NCBI GenBank assembly: GCA_021778295.1
Contig: JAJYCP010000002.1
Location: 3,027 to 67,026 of the forward strand
DNA: 64,000 bases
Direction of reading: 5' to 3'
Source of the DNA: a bacterium
Lineage (GTDB): Bacteria > Patescibacteriota > Minisyncoccia > Phycocordibacterales > Phycocordibacteraceae
Below are positions 7,480 through 15,134 of the stretch, piece after piece. Position 1 is the stretch's first letter; each line of letters begins with the position of its first letter. The position numbers were made by a program, and so were the translations under genes. Below the pieces are notes generated by a model. It saw only the letters and a list, made by a program, of their open reading frames with translations, was not told the DNA's origin and searched no databases.

Positions 7480-7809
7480 ATGTTCGGCTTTTCACTCGGC
7501 CCCCAAAGCATACCCGTCACCGAAGCGTATGAACGTCTCGGTGCTGAAGGCCACGTACTGCTTGACGTGCGCACGCGAGAGGAAGTTCGCGCGGAAGGCA
7601 TTGCCGGCGCGCTGAATATACCGCTCGACCGTCTTGAAACCGAAGCGCCGCGTCTTACGCAATACGGTTCCATCCACGTCATCTGTCGTTCCGGCGGCCG
7701 CAGTTCCATGGCTACCGATCTCCTGCACGGTCTCGGCTTGAAGCAGGCGACAAATGTCACCGGCGGCATCATCGCGTGGCAGAAGGCCGGTCTTCCGGTC
7801 ACTCATTAA
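7480..7809 (+). CDS. single-domain rhodanese (sulfurtransferase)
   Basis: 109 aa. LLDVRTREE...IPL... and the active-site loop HVICRSGGRS. Confidence 0.85.
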   Translation: MFGFSLGPQSIPVTEAYERLGAEGHVLLDVRTREEVRAEGIAGALNIPLDRLETEAPRLTQYGSIHVICRSGGRSSMATDLLHGLGLKQATNVTGGIIAWQKAGLPVTH

Positions 7810-7821
7810 CACGAATGGCGT

Positions 7822-8490
7822 ATGGTCATCACCCAGCTCCGTTCTCCGCGCGGCTGTCTCTCCTACCTTGTGAGCGATGCGGCATCAAATGAAACGGCGC
7901 TGATTGATCCGTCGGAGGAAATCACCGCAGCCGCCTATCGCAGGCTGCTCGCGCAGCGCGGTCTCTCGCTCGTCTACATCATCGAAACGCATACGCATGC
8001 GGACCATGTGTCCTGTGCGGGCGCGCTGAAACAAGCAACGGGAGCAAAAATCATACGACACCGAGACGCGCCCTCGCAGGGGAAAGACAATGCGGTTGTC
8101 GGCGGAGAGGAATTCCCGCTCGGCGGATCCGTGCTTCGCATCCTCGCGACGCCCGGCCATACCAATGAAAGCATTTCAATAGGCGCAGGAGACGCCGTTT
8201 TCACCGGCGATGCGCTTCTCATCGGCGGAACCGGACGCACTGACTTCCAGCAGGGCGATAGTGCCGCGCTCTATGCGTCGCTCCACGAAACACTCGGCGC
8301 TCTCCCCGACGACACGATCGTATACCCCGCGCACGATTATAAAAATCAGAGCGCTTCGACAATCGGAGCGGAAAAATGCGACAACCCGCGCTTCGCGTTC
8401 GACCGCGAAACATTCATCCGCACTCTGGATGCCCATCATCCGCCGAAACCGGAACTGTTTGAACGCGCGATTTCCGAAAACAGCCGCTAG
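7822..8490 (+). CDS. MBL-fold hydrolase, persulfide dioxygenase (ETHE1/CstB-N)-like
   Basis: 222 aa. HTHADH metal motif, ATPGHT, GDALLIGGTGRTDF and YPAHDY match the glyoxalase-II/ETHE1 pattern. Sits in an operon with the CsoR-like and rhodanese genes. Confidence 0.75.
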   Translation: MVITQLRSPRGCLSYLVSDAASNETALIDPSEEITAAAYRRLLAQRGLSLVYIIETHTHADHVSCAGALKQATGAKIIRHRDAPSQGKDNAVVGGEEFPLGGSVLRILATPGHTNESISIGAGDAVFTGDALLIGGTGRTDFQQGDSAALYASLHETLGALPDDTIVYPAHDYKNQSASTIGAEKCDNPRFAFDRETFIRTLDAHHPPKPELFERAISENSR

Positions 8491-8945
8491 CCCCGGAACG
8501 AGTGGAATCGCTTTAGGAATTGCCACAGAGCTGTCGTGCTTGCCGCTGCGATAAGGAATGAACCGAGGATGTCGAGAGCGTGATGCACGCCGGCGAGAAC
8601 GCGGGATGCACCGATAAGAAATGCGAGGAACCACATGAACAACCCGAGAGGCATGCTGAAAGCCGTAATGAGCGCCGCGAGTGTTCCGGTAAGGAGCGCG
8701 TGATCCGAGGGGAATCCGTTGTCCGGCGCGTGGGGAAAGAGCGGCGTGGTATGGGAAACGACAAAGGGGCGCGGGTCATAGAACAGATGCCCGGCGAGGA
8801 CGCCGAGAAGATAACTGGTCGGGAGCACCAGCACGGAAAGTAGTATGAATTCTCTCCTTCTTTTCGTGAGAAGCCCGTATACGATGAACAGAACTACCGG
8901 CAGCAGGTACAGATAATTTGCGGTAAAAATGATGATGTGCGTCAT
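8487..8945 (-). CDS. PAP2-family phosphatase (undecaprenyl-diphosphatase type)
   Basis: 152 aa, multi-TM. Carries the three PAP2 motifs YDPRPF, FPSDHA and SRVLAGVHHALD. Confidence 0.85.
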   Translation of the reverse strand: MTHIIIFTANYLYLLPVVLFIVYGLLTKRRREFILLSVLVLPTSYLLGVLAGHLFYDPRPFVVSHTTPLFPHAPDNGFPSDHALLTGTLAALITAFSMPLGLFMWFLAFLIGASRVLAGVHHALDILGSFLIAAASTTALWQFLKRFHSFRG

Positions 8946-9082
8946 GGTTCTCCGAGTGTATCATATGAAATATCTTGGTACTTCCCGTTGTGCACCCGCC
9001 TCCCTTTCAATTTTCCCAGGAGACGTCATACTTTCGGCAGACGGCATGAAGAACATTACTAGCTAGCGGCCGTCGTTATCGT

Positions 9083-9310
9083 ATGAAAATACTCCACCAG
9101 ATTGCATTCGTGCTGACGATCATCGGGGCGCTCAACTGGGGTTTGGTCGGTCTTGGAGGTTTTGCCGGAGCTGATTGGAATGTCGTCCACGTTATACTTG
9201 GCGCGTCGCCATCGCTTGAGTGGACAGTCTATGTGCTCGTCGGCCTTTCCGCACTCTATCTTGCCTTTACCCACAAAAAGACCTGTACGATGTGCCCTGT
9301 TAAGATGTGA
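9083..9310 (+). CDS. DUF378-family small membrane protein
   Basis: 75 aa. IIGALNWGLVGLGG plus a second TM is the classic DUF378 signature. Confidence 0.8.
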   Translation: MKILHQIAFVLTIIGALNWGLVGLGGFAGADWNVVHVILGASPSLEWTVYVLVGLSALYLAFTHKKTCTMCPVKM

Positions 9311-9326
9311 GGAGAAATACGATGCA

Positions 9327-9362
9327 GATAAAACCGCCGCCTCGGCGGTTTTATCTTTCTGT
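9327..9362 (+). terminator. intrinsic terminator after the DUF378 gene
   Basis: GATAAAACCGCCG-CCTC-GGCGGTTTTATC followed by TTTCT. Confidence 0.6.
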
Positions 9363-9375
9363 TGGAAATGATATG

Positions 9376-9410
9376 AAATCCCTCTCGCGTGTGCGAGAGG
9401 GATTTTGTTT
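9376..9410. terminator. second hairpin (AAATCCCTCTCGC-GTGT-GCGAGAGGGATTT + TGTTT), possibly bidirectional
   Basis: 13-bp stem read directly. It lies between convergent genes 9083..9310 (+) and 9441..10013 (-). Confidence 0.5.
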
Positions 9411-9440
9411 GAGGAACGTTTGAACGCTAGGGCGAGGGAA

Positions 9441-10013
9441 TCAAAGTTTCGAAGCGTCCCAGTTGGGAACAAGGAGACGATGACTGCAATGCCAGAGAAT
9501 ATCACGATTGAGTGAAAAGCGCAGACACCATCGCATTTTGCTTTCGTCACGATAGATGCCCGTCAGTTCAACACCGTCTTTCTTGTTCTCGACGAAGAAG
9601 AAACTGGACCATCCGTCGGTAGGCATGCCGGTACGAAGCCCTTGTTGCGTTCGTTCCACCATGCATTCCACTTGTACCAAGGACATGGTGTGGCCGCGTT
9701 CCTTGAGGAGCTCCGCTGTTAATTTCATCGGCGTATCAACTGGCACGCCGAGCAGCGCCGCAACCCATTCAGCTTCTGTCACCACCCTGGTTGGCGTGAG
9801 TGCCGTGACAACGCAATCGGGCGTTTCCGGCTGATATGACAGGAGCCAACGGTTGAGATTGATGCTGCGCAACCCGTACTGCGGACCGTTGAAACATTGA
9901 TCAGTCGGTTTGCTAGGGAGCTTCGGAAGCTCTGTCGTTCCGACGGGGACAAACAAAGGTTGTGTCCGGATTGTCGTACTTAGTTTCTCTTCGACCGCAT
10001 TTTGTGTGGCCAT
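9441..10013 (-). CDS. hypothetical protein (no TM segment, no motif recognised)
   Basis: 190-aa ORF with coding-like composition. No family recognised by eye. Confidence 0.5.
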   Translation of the reverse strand: MATQNAVEEKLSTTIRTQPLFVPVGTTELPKLPSKPTDQCFNGPQYGLRSINLNRWLLSYQPETPDCVVTALTPTRVVTEAEWVAALLGVPVDTPMKLTAELLKERGHTMSLVQVECMVERTQQGLRTGMPTDGWSSFFFVENKKDGVELTGIYRDESKMRWCLRFSLNRDILWHCSHRLLVPNWDASKL

Positions 10014-10085
10014 GACAACTCTCCTCGAGGGATTGTCCGCGCCGGCCGGTGCGGGCGAAGCTCTCTGTCCGCAACGGAATCAAAG

Positions 10086-10102
10086 TGCTCTGCCGCAGAG
10101 CA
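10086..10102. promoter_or_regulatory. 17-bp palindrome TGCTCTGC-C-GCAGAGCA next to a TATATAT box (candidate operator/promoter of 9441..10013)
   Basis: Read directly. It lies 73-89 bp upstream of the minus-strand start at 10013. The 1-nt centre makes an RNA hairpin unlikely, so a protein-binding site is more plausible. Confidence 0.35.
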
Positions 10103-10158
10103 TATATATTCACCAGAACGTGTCAAGTTCTCAAAAAAATGGAAATTTTCTCGGTCTT

Positions 10159-11136
10159 TTAGCAGGAAACGTTTTGATCGACGGCTGTTGAATTCGCCAC
10201 ATACTGGACAAGCCAAATCGGACCGCCCGTGATGAAACTCGTATCGGTTGCACACGCATTTATCGCACTGACCAGGTTCGAAATACCTATGGGCATCCAC
10301 GCCGGGACGGAAACTGCTTGGCCGTTTATCGTTTGTGTCGGCACGAAATTGCTTCCCGCGATGTCGTTCCACATGCGCGCTACGGAATAGATGCCGGCAC
10401 GGACGCCTTGCGTATTGAGGTAATCAATCGCGCCTTGTATCGTTGCGTCGTTGACAGCTGTGTTCGGCGACCAGCTGTTTGCCTCTTCGATATCGATCCA
10501 CCAGAGCGCGGACGTGACGGCGTGATCCTTTGCGTACGCGTATGCGTCTTTCGCCGCATTAAAGCCGTAGTTGTATCCTCCGCAGGCCGTTGGTTCGGTG
10601 CCGGATGCACCGGGTGTCGGGCAGGATTTCGGAGTATCGATATTCCCCGCTACGGCGCTTCCATAGGGTGCGTTCAGGTTCATGTAGACGGTCGGTGCGA
10701 TGGCACCAACATGCGCCCAGGAGTACTCGGAAACCAGCCGGTCGTTATGCACGAAGGCCTTTCCGCCTGAAATACCGACGATGCCGAAACTGAAGTGCCC
10801 CGCCGGATATGAAAGCGCATTGTAGGAAAGGTCGAAGCCGATGTTGCTCGAGGGATAGGCGCTCCCAATCGGAGCAACATGCGGCGCGGGCGGCGGCTGC
10901 GAAGGGGCGGGCGGGTCTGAGACGCCTGCGCGACTGCCGGAAACGGGTGTCTGAGAAACTCCGAGCGCCTGCGTTACGAGAGCTACGGTCGACTGATCGA
11001 CATTGAATGCTTCCAGAAGCCCGATAATCGCCTGCACCTGCCCGGAGGAGAGCGTCGAAGCCGATGCCGCGGATGGCAAAGCAAAGCACGCGATGGCGAG
11101 CATGACCGACGTGATTTTGATTACTTTCGATTTCAT
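10159..11136 (-). CDS. secreted protein with a glycoside-hydrolase-like (GH25 / DUF1906-like) C-terminal domain
   Basis: Start moved to MKSKVIKITSVMLAIACFALPSAASA (signal peptide). A Pro-rich linker (PPAPSQPPPAPH) follows. The C-terminal domain carries FDLSYNALSY..GIVGISGG.., WWIDIEEANSW and GIYS, resembling lysozyme-like TIM-barrel families. Confidence 0.55.
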   Translation of the reverse strand: MKSKVIKITSVMLAIACFALPSAASASTLSSGQVQAIIGLLEAFNVDQSTVALVTQALGVSQTPVSGSRAGVSDPPAPSQPPPAPHVAPIGSAYPSSNIGFDLSYNALSYPAGHFSFGIVGISGGKAFVHNDRLVSEYSWAHVGAIAPTVYMNLNAPYGSAVAGNIDTPKSCPTPGASGTEPTACGGYNYGFNAAKDAYAYAKDHAVTSALWWIDIEEANSWSPNTAVNDATIQGAIDYLNTQGVRAGIYSVARMWNDIAGSNFVPTQTINGQAVSVPAWMPIGISNLVSAINACATDTSFITGGPIWLVQYVANSTAVDQNVSC

Positions 11137-11250
11137 AGCGGGTGCGGCGCAAATAGCCGTTCCTTCCAGTATAACGTATGAGACAACTGGTCGCATAAAA
11201 AATCAGGCGGAAGCTTTCGCTTCCGCCTGTCCCATGAAATGCGCACGGTT

Positions 11251-11598
11251 CTATACGCAAACGAGTCGCTCGAAACCTGTCCCATGTGCGACGACGGCGC
11301 TGCTACCGGCTGCTTTGCAGGATTGCGCAAAGATCATGTTCGAGCTTGACGCGGGCAGACCGGCCGACGCGGCGGTGGGCGTCATACCGCGTTTCAGTGC
11401 GGCAATCATCTCCGCGGCGCGCGGCGTGATGCGGATGTTTAACCGCGTTTGCGCGGCGCGCGGTGCCGGTGCTACGGCCAGGGCCAGTAGCATGAACAGC
11501 GCGGGAATGGCGAAACGGAAAAACTTCGCGCAGGAACTTTCGAAATCGCTACCATTGCCGTTCCTGGTAAGGGGAATGGGCTTTCTGTTTCGATTCAT
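11251..11598 (-). CDS. hypothetical small signal-anchored protein
   Basis: 115 aa. A basic N-terminus is followed by the hydrophobic stretch FAIPALFMLLALAVAPAP. No family recognised. Confidence 0.35.
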   Translation of the reverse strand: MNRNRKPIPLTRNGNGSDFESSCAKFFRFAIPALFMLLALAVAPAPRAAQTRLNIRITPRAAEMIAALKRGMTPTAASAGLPASSSNMIFAQSCKAAGSSAVVAHGTGFERLVCV

Positions 11599-11646
11599 AA
11601 AGAACTCCTCTCGTATGTCGTTGGATTACGAACCTAAGTGCGCCTC

Positions 11647-11679
11647 ATTGCCAGACGATTGCCAGACGATTGCCAGACG
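11647..11679. repeat. 3 x 11-bp perfect tandem repeat (ATTGCCAGACG)
   Basis: Read directly. Intergenic, 49-81 bp upstream of the minus-strand start at 11598. Confidence 0.9.
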
Positions 11680-11832
11680 ACTCAATTATAGAGTACCACT
11701 TATTACTGACTTCTGTCAAGTATTTTCGCCGTGCTGCCGACAATTAAATCCCTCATGGAATACGTTATGGATGCGCAAAGAATTTGCTTCACGATCTTCC
11801 TCGAGCTCAACAGCAGAACTAAAGTAGGTGCC

Positions 11833-11994
11833 TTATTTTAGGAATCTAAGGTAGAAAGCGATGGCCACTACAACGATGCCGACGTTCACCATGAGCCGCT
11901 CCCAGAAGTGGTTCCTAAAGAACAGCATATCGACACCAACCACGACGGCTATCATGACGACGAGGAAAATCGTGATTAGTACAGGTCTTGTCAT
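11833..11994 (-). CDS. hypothetical two-TM micro-protein
   Basis: MTRPVLITIFLVVMIAVVVGVDMLFFRNHFWERLMVNVGIVVVAIAFYLRFLK. The start was chosen at ATG 11994, but ATG 12036 is also possible. Confidence 0.4.
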   Translation of the reverse strand: MTRPVLITIFLVVMIAVVVGVDMLFFRNHFWERLMVNVGIVVVAIAFYLRFLK

Positions 11995-12053
11995 TACTTG
12001 AAATGATACTGCATCCCCGTGGCAGGATTCAAACATGCCTTGCGCACAGTCTC

Positions 12054-12476
12054 CTAGAGCACCTTGCAACCGACAAGCATGATGCCTTCGGGTATGCGTT
12101 TGGCTATTTCGCCTTCTGCGAGAGCGCGGATTGAATCGCCAACCGTAAGACTTGTGGTGGCGCTACCGATGTCACAATACGCCTTCGAAATGGAGCTGGT
12201 GAACTGTATTAGCGTGTCACCATTCTGCTGCGAAATGCCCGCCACGGTACCCGAGACGAGGAGTGTGCTCTCGCGCCAAAGACCGTAGAAGTTATCGGCA
12301 TTCATAGCTTGCAGCATCTGGTCGGGCGTCACCTGAGTGATGCGCAGAGTGTCGAGGGCGTACTTGTTGCCCCACAAAAAAAAGATGCCAGCGACGAGGA
12401 CAAGCGCGACTGCCCCAAGCACGATAAAGGATGAGTTGCGGGGTATGGTGATGTGCCTTTTATAACACCGATTCAA
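12054..12476 (-). CDS. hypothetical membrane-anchored protein (possible OB-fold-like ectodomain)
   Basis: 140 aa with one N-terminal TM (FIVLGAVALVLVAGIFFLW) and a soluble C-terminal domain. No confident family. Confidence 0.5.
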   Translation of the reverse strand: MNRCYKRHITIPRNSSFIVLGAVALVLVAGIFFLWGNKYALDTLRITQVTPDQMLQAMNADNFYGLWRESTLLVSGTVAGISQQNGDTLIQFTSSISKAYCDIGSATTSLTVGDSIRALAEGEIAKRIPEGIMLVGCKVL

Positions 12477-12547
12477 ATCTGTTGGTTACACTTTGGATTT
12501 CTCCGGAGAGCGCCCTACGTCCCTCATTCGTAATACAGAGTATACTC

Positions 12548-12796
12548 ATGAGCATGAAATTTGCTGATGGCGTGGTGCATCCGATGCCCGCAGATTTGCG
12601 GAAGGCACTGACGACTGACTCCAAGGCGGCCATGGTGTGGGAGGACATCACGCCGCTTGCGCGTAACGAGTGGATTTGTTGGGTTACGTCTGCAAAGAAA
12701 AAAGAGACTCGGAGCCATCGTATAGCGGTTGGTCTCGATAAAATGCACAAAGGCATGCGTCGTCCGTGCTGCTGGGCTGGTTGTCCGCATCGTTGA
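12548..12796 (+). CDS. YdeI/OmpD-associated (OmdA) family protein
   Basis: MSMKFADGVVHPMPADLRKAL...W.DITPLARNEWICWVTSAKKKETR..RI resembles the YdeI/DUF1801-C pattern. Confidence 0.65.
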   Translation: MSMKFADGVVHPMPADLRKALTTDSKAAMVWEDITPLARNEWICWVTSAKKKETRSHRIAVGLDKMHKGMRRPCCWAGCPHR

Positions 12797-12899
12797 ATAC
12801 GGCAGGAGCCCTCCCTCGTGAGAAAATAAGTGGTATCAGTAGTTATTGATATGCACACACCGTCTTCAGGATTCAAATTGCCGGGAGTATTCTTTTAGA

Positions 12900-13184
12900 A
12901 TGGCTGATATCCAGTTCGACGAAGAACAGCAATACTCGGCCAGCCGCTCCGAAGTAGCACAAAAGCCATTTCTTCTCCGTCTCGTGCTCTCGACTGGTCT
13001 CGTGCGCACCAGGCGGGGCGCTGAGTACGTGCTTATCGGTGCCATCCTCGCTTGTCTCGTGCTCACGGTTCTCATCCTCATCCATACCGGTAGCAGCGCT
13101 CCCGGCCTCTCGCCGGCAGACATACAACGCATCACGGACCTCCAGCAGGGCGTACGCCCTTCCGCACCACCCTATGGCCCGTGA
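12900..13184 (+). CDS. hypothetical single-TM protein, upstream partner of a pilin-like gene (paralog of 31994..32287)
   Basis: MADIQFDEEQQ... then the TM YVLIGAILACLVLTVLILI. It shares architecture and an N-terminal IxFDEE motif with 31994..32287, and overlaps the next gene by 11 nt. Confidence 0.55.
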   Translation: MADIQFDEEQQYSASRSEVAQKPFLLRLVLSTGLVRTRRGAEYVLIGAILACLVLTVLILIHTGSSAPGLSPADIQRITDLQQGVRPSAPPYGP

Positions 13185-13692
13185 CCGCGGCTTTACGCTC
13201 ATCGAGCTTCTTGTCGTCATTGCCATCATCGGTATCCTCTCCTCGGTCGTCCTGGCTGCACTCAACACCGCCCGCGGGAGGGCGAACGATGCCCGACGTC
13301 TCGCGGATATGCATTCAATCCAGGTCGCGCTTGAGCTCTACTACAGCAAGAACAACGCGTACCCGTACTCGAATAATTCCGGCTGCGGCGGATGGGAGTC
13401 AACCGGCAGCGACGCGACGAATGGCAATTTTATCGCCGCGCTCACAGCCGATGGCGACCTGCCCAAAGGCGTCCGGGATCCGAATCCAGGAACGGAAAAT
13501 TCCTGCGGTAACTATGCATACTATTACTACCCACCGAGCTATGCCGGCTGTGTGGAGGGGTTCTATGTGCTCGGTATTCGTACCACTGATGGGTACGGCG
13601 CGAGTCCATATCCCGGGAGTCCCGGTTGGAGCTGTCCGACCCGGAACTGGCAAGTCGAGTTCAGCTGGGTTACAGGCGGTTACGGACAGTAA
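13174..13692 (+). CDS. type IV pilin-like protein (N-terminal methylation motif), orphan copy
   Basis: MARDRG|FTLIELLVVIAIIGILSSVVLAALNTAR is a class III signal peptide plus hydrophobic helix. The C-terminal domain has four Cys. Confidence 0.8.
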   Translation: MARDRGFTLIELLVVIAIIGILSSVVLAALNTARGRANDARRLADMHSIQVALELYYSKNNAYPYSNNSGCGGWESTGSDATNGNFIAALTADGDLPKGVRDPNPGTENSCGNYAYYYYPPSYAGCVEGFYVLGIRTTDGYGASPYPGSPGWSCPTRNWQVEFSWVTGGYGQ

Positions 13693-13848
13693 ATGTGCCG
13701 ACCCGGCTTGGGGCGCGGGGCCATACCATAATGGAGGGATACGCTATCGCTATCTACGGCACTTCGGGATAATTTACAGACATGAGGACCGGAATCGGAC
13801 TGAAAATATGTTGCCCGCGTTAAAAACGGTACGGGATCGAAATCAATT

Positions 13849-14220
13849 CTATTTTTTCTCAAATTCAAGACAGACCGAATTGATGCAGTAACGCTTTCCT
13901 CCCTTTTCTGCTGGACCATCATCAAAAACGTGACCGAGATGCGCACCACACGTCTTGCAGAGAACCTCAGTCCGTGACATTCCGAGACTGGGGTCTTCTT
14001 TTAAAACAACGTGCTCAAGATTCGCTGGATCGGTAAAGCTCGGCCAGCCAGTGCCAGAATCAAACTTTGTATCAGACGAGAAAAGTTCGGTGCCGCAAAT
14101 CGCACATTTATATATTCCTTTCTCGTGATTGTTCACAAACGCGCCCATAAACGGAGCTTCTGTTCCGCCTTGTCGCGCAACACGTCGAAGTTCTGGCGAG
14201 AGTTCATTATCTTTTTTCAT
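13849..14220 (-). CDS. msrB: peptide-methionine (R)-S-oxide reductase
   Basis: GIYKCAICGTELFSSDTKFDSGTGWPSF...VLCKTCGAHLGHVFDDGP...RYCINS. Start moved to ATG 14220. Confidence 0.9.
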   Translation of the reverse strand: MKKDNELSPELRRVARQGGTEAPFMGAFVNNHEKGIYKCAICGTELFSSDTKFDSGTGWPSFTDPANLEHVVLKEDPSLGMSRTEVLCKTCGAHLGHVFDDGPAEKGGKRYCINSVCLEFEKK

Positions 14221-14224
14221 AACA

Positions 14225-14764
14225 TTATTGATTATTTTTAAGTAACTCGGCAAATTCTTTCTGCACCTTTTCCACTTTCGGGCTGATGACAAGCTGACAA
14301 TATGCCGCTTCGGGATGATGTGCGAAGTAGTCACGATGATAATTCTCAGCTTTGTAAAACGTTCCGAGTGGCTTTACCTCGGTCACGACAGGACTCCCTT
14401 CCTTTGTGGATTCCTCAATCTCGCGAATAAAGGCTTCGGCTTCTTCTTTCTGCTTCGGTGTGGTGTAGAGGATAGTGGATCGATACTGCGTGCCGATATC
14501 GTTCCCTTGCCGATTGGGCGTTGTTGGATCGTGAGACGCAAAAAAGACGGTCATAAGCGTACGGAATGACACTTGTGCCGGATCATATTCTATTCGCGTC
14601 ACTTCGGCGTGGCCAGTGAGACCGGTAGATACCTCGTCATACGTTGGGTTGGGCTTGTTCCCGCCCGCGTAGCCAGGCATCACGTATGTGACACCTTTGA
14701 GCATTTTGAAAACCGCCTCGGTGCACCAAAAACATCCTCCGCCAAAGATTGCGACTTCGGTCAT
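14225..14764 (-). CDS. msrA: peptide-methionine (S)-S-oxide reductase
   Basis: MTEVAIFGGGCFWCTEAVF...GYAGG...PTYDEV.TGLTGHAEV..I.YDP..VSF..L..VFF..HDPTT.NRQGNDIGTQYRS. Start moved to ATG 14764. Confidence 0.9.
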   Translation of the reverse strand: MTEVAIFGGGCFWCTEAVFKMLKGVTYVMPGYAGGNKPNPTYDEVSTGLTGHAEVTRIEYDPAQVSFRTLMTVFFASHDPTTPNRQGNDIGTQYRSTILYTTPKQKEEAEAFIREIEESTKEGSPVVTEVKPLGTFYKAENYHRDYFAHHPEAAYCQLVISPKVEKVQKEFAELLKNNQ

Positions 14765-15029
14765 ATTCCAAGTATAGCGTGTCAGGACAAACACTCGACA
14801 GTGCAACGATGAGTCGCGTGTTGCCGGGCCCATAAACGGACCGAAGATTTCGTGATGTATATCCTCGATTGCCATTTCCTGTCCCCTTCGGGGAACCGAT
14901 GTATACGTTGGTTTTAGCCAGTTCGATTCCTGCGCCCCTGTTCGGAATCGGATCAATTTTGCTGTGATTGCGACACGAAAAGGTCCCAAATACGAGAAAA
15001 GGAATCGAACTGGAGATATGGTGTATATG

Positions 15030-15071
15030 CTGAAAACGCAAAAACCACTTTCGTGGTTTTTGCGTTTTCAG
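15030..15071 (-). terminator. 19-bp perfect hairpin (CTGAAAACGCAAAAACCAC-TTTC-GTGGTTTTTGCGTTTTCAG) downstream of the intron-containing tRNA
   Basis: Read directly, with U-rich arms. A smaller hairpin (GGACACC-TTTCAG-GGTGTCC, 15109..15128) lies directly after the tRNA 3' end. Confidence 0.55.
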
Positions 15072-15134
15072 GACCGTGTCGGTCTTGAACTGATTTTCGA
15101 TGCCCGCTGGACACCTTTCAGGGTGTCCGACCTT

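Noticed and set aside
11647-11679. Possible CRISPR array or other spaced-repeat locus at the 11-bp tandem repeat, and anywhere else in the window.
   Set aside because: The repeats are only 11 bp, directly abutting with no spacers, and there are only three units. No repeat-spacer architecture or cas genes were seen in the window.
14765-15030. Possible additional tRNA or pseudo-tRNA upstream of msrA, flagged by T-loop-like strings: GTTCGATTCC at ~14921 (+) and GGAATCGAAC at ~15001.
   Set aside because: Neither string is flanked by sequences that form a 5-bp T-stem, acceptor stem or anticodon arm. They are most likely chance matches or highly decayed remnants. No feature was called.
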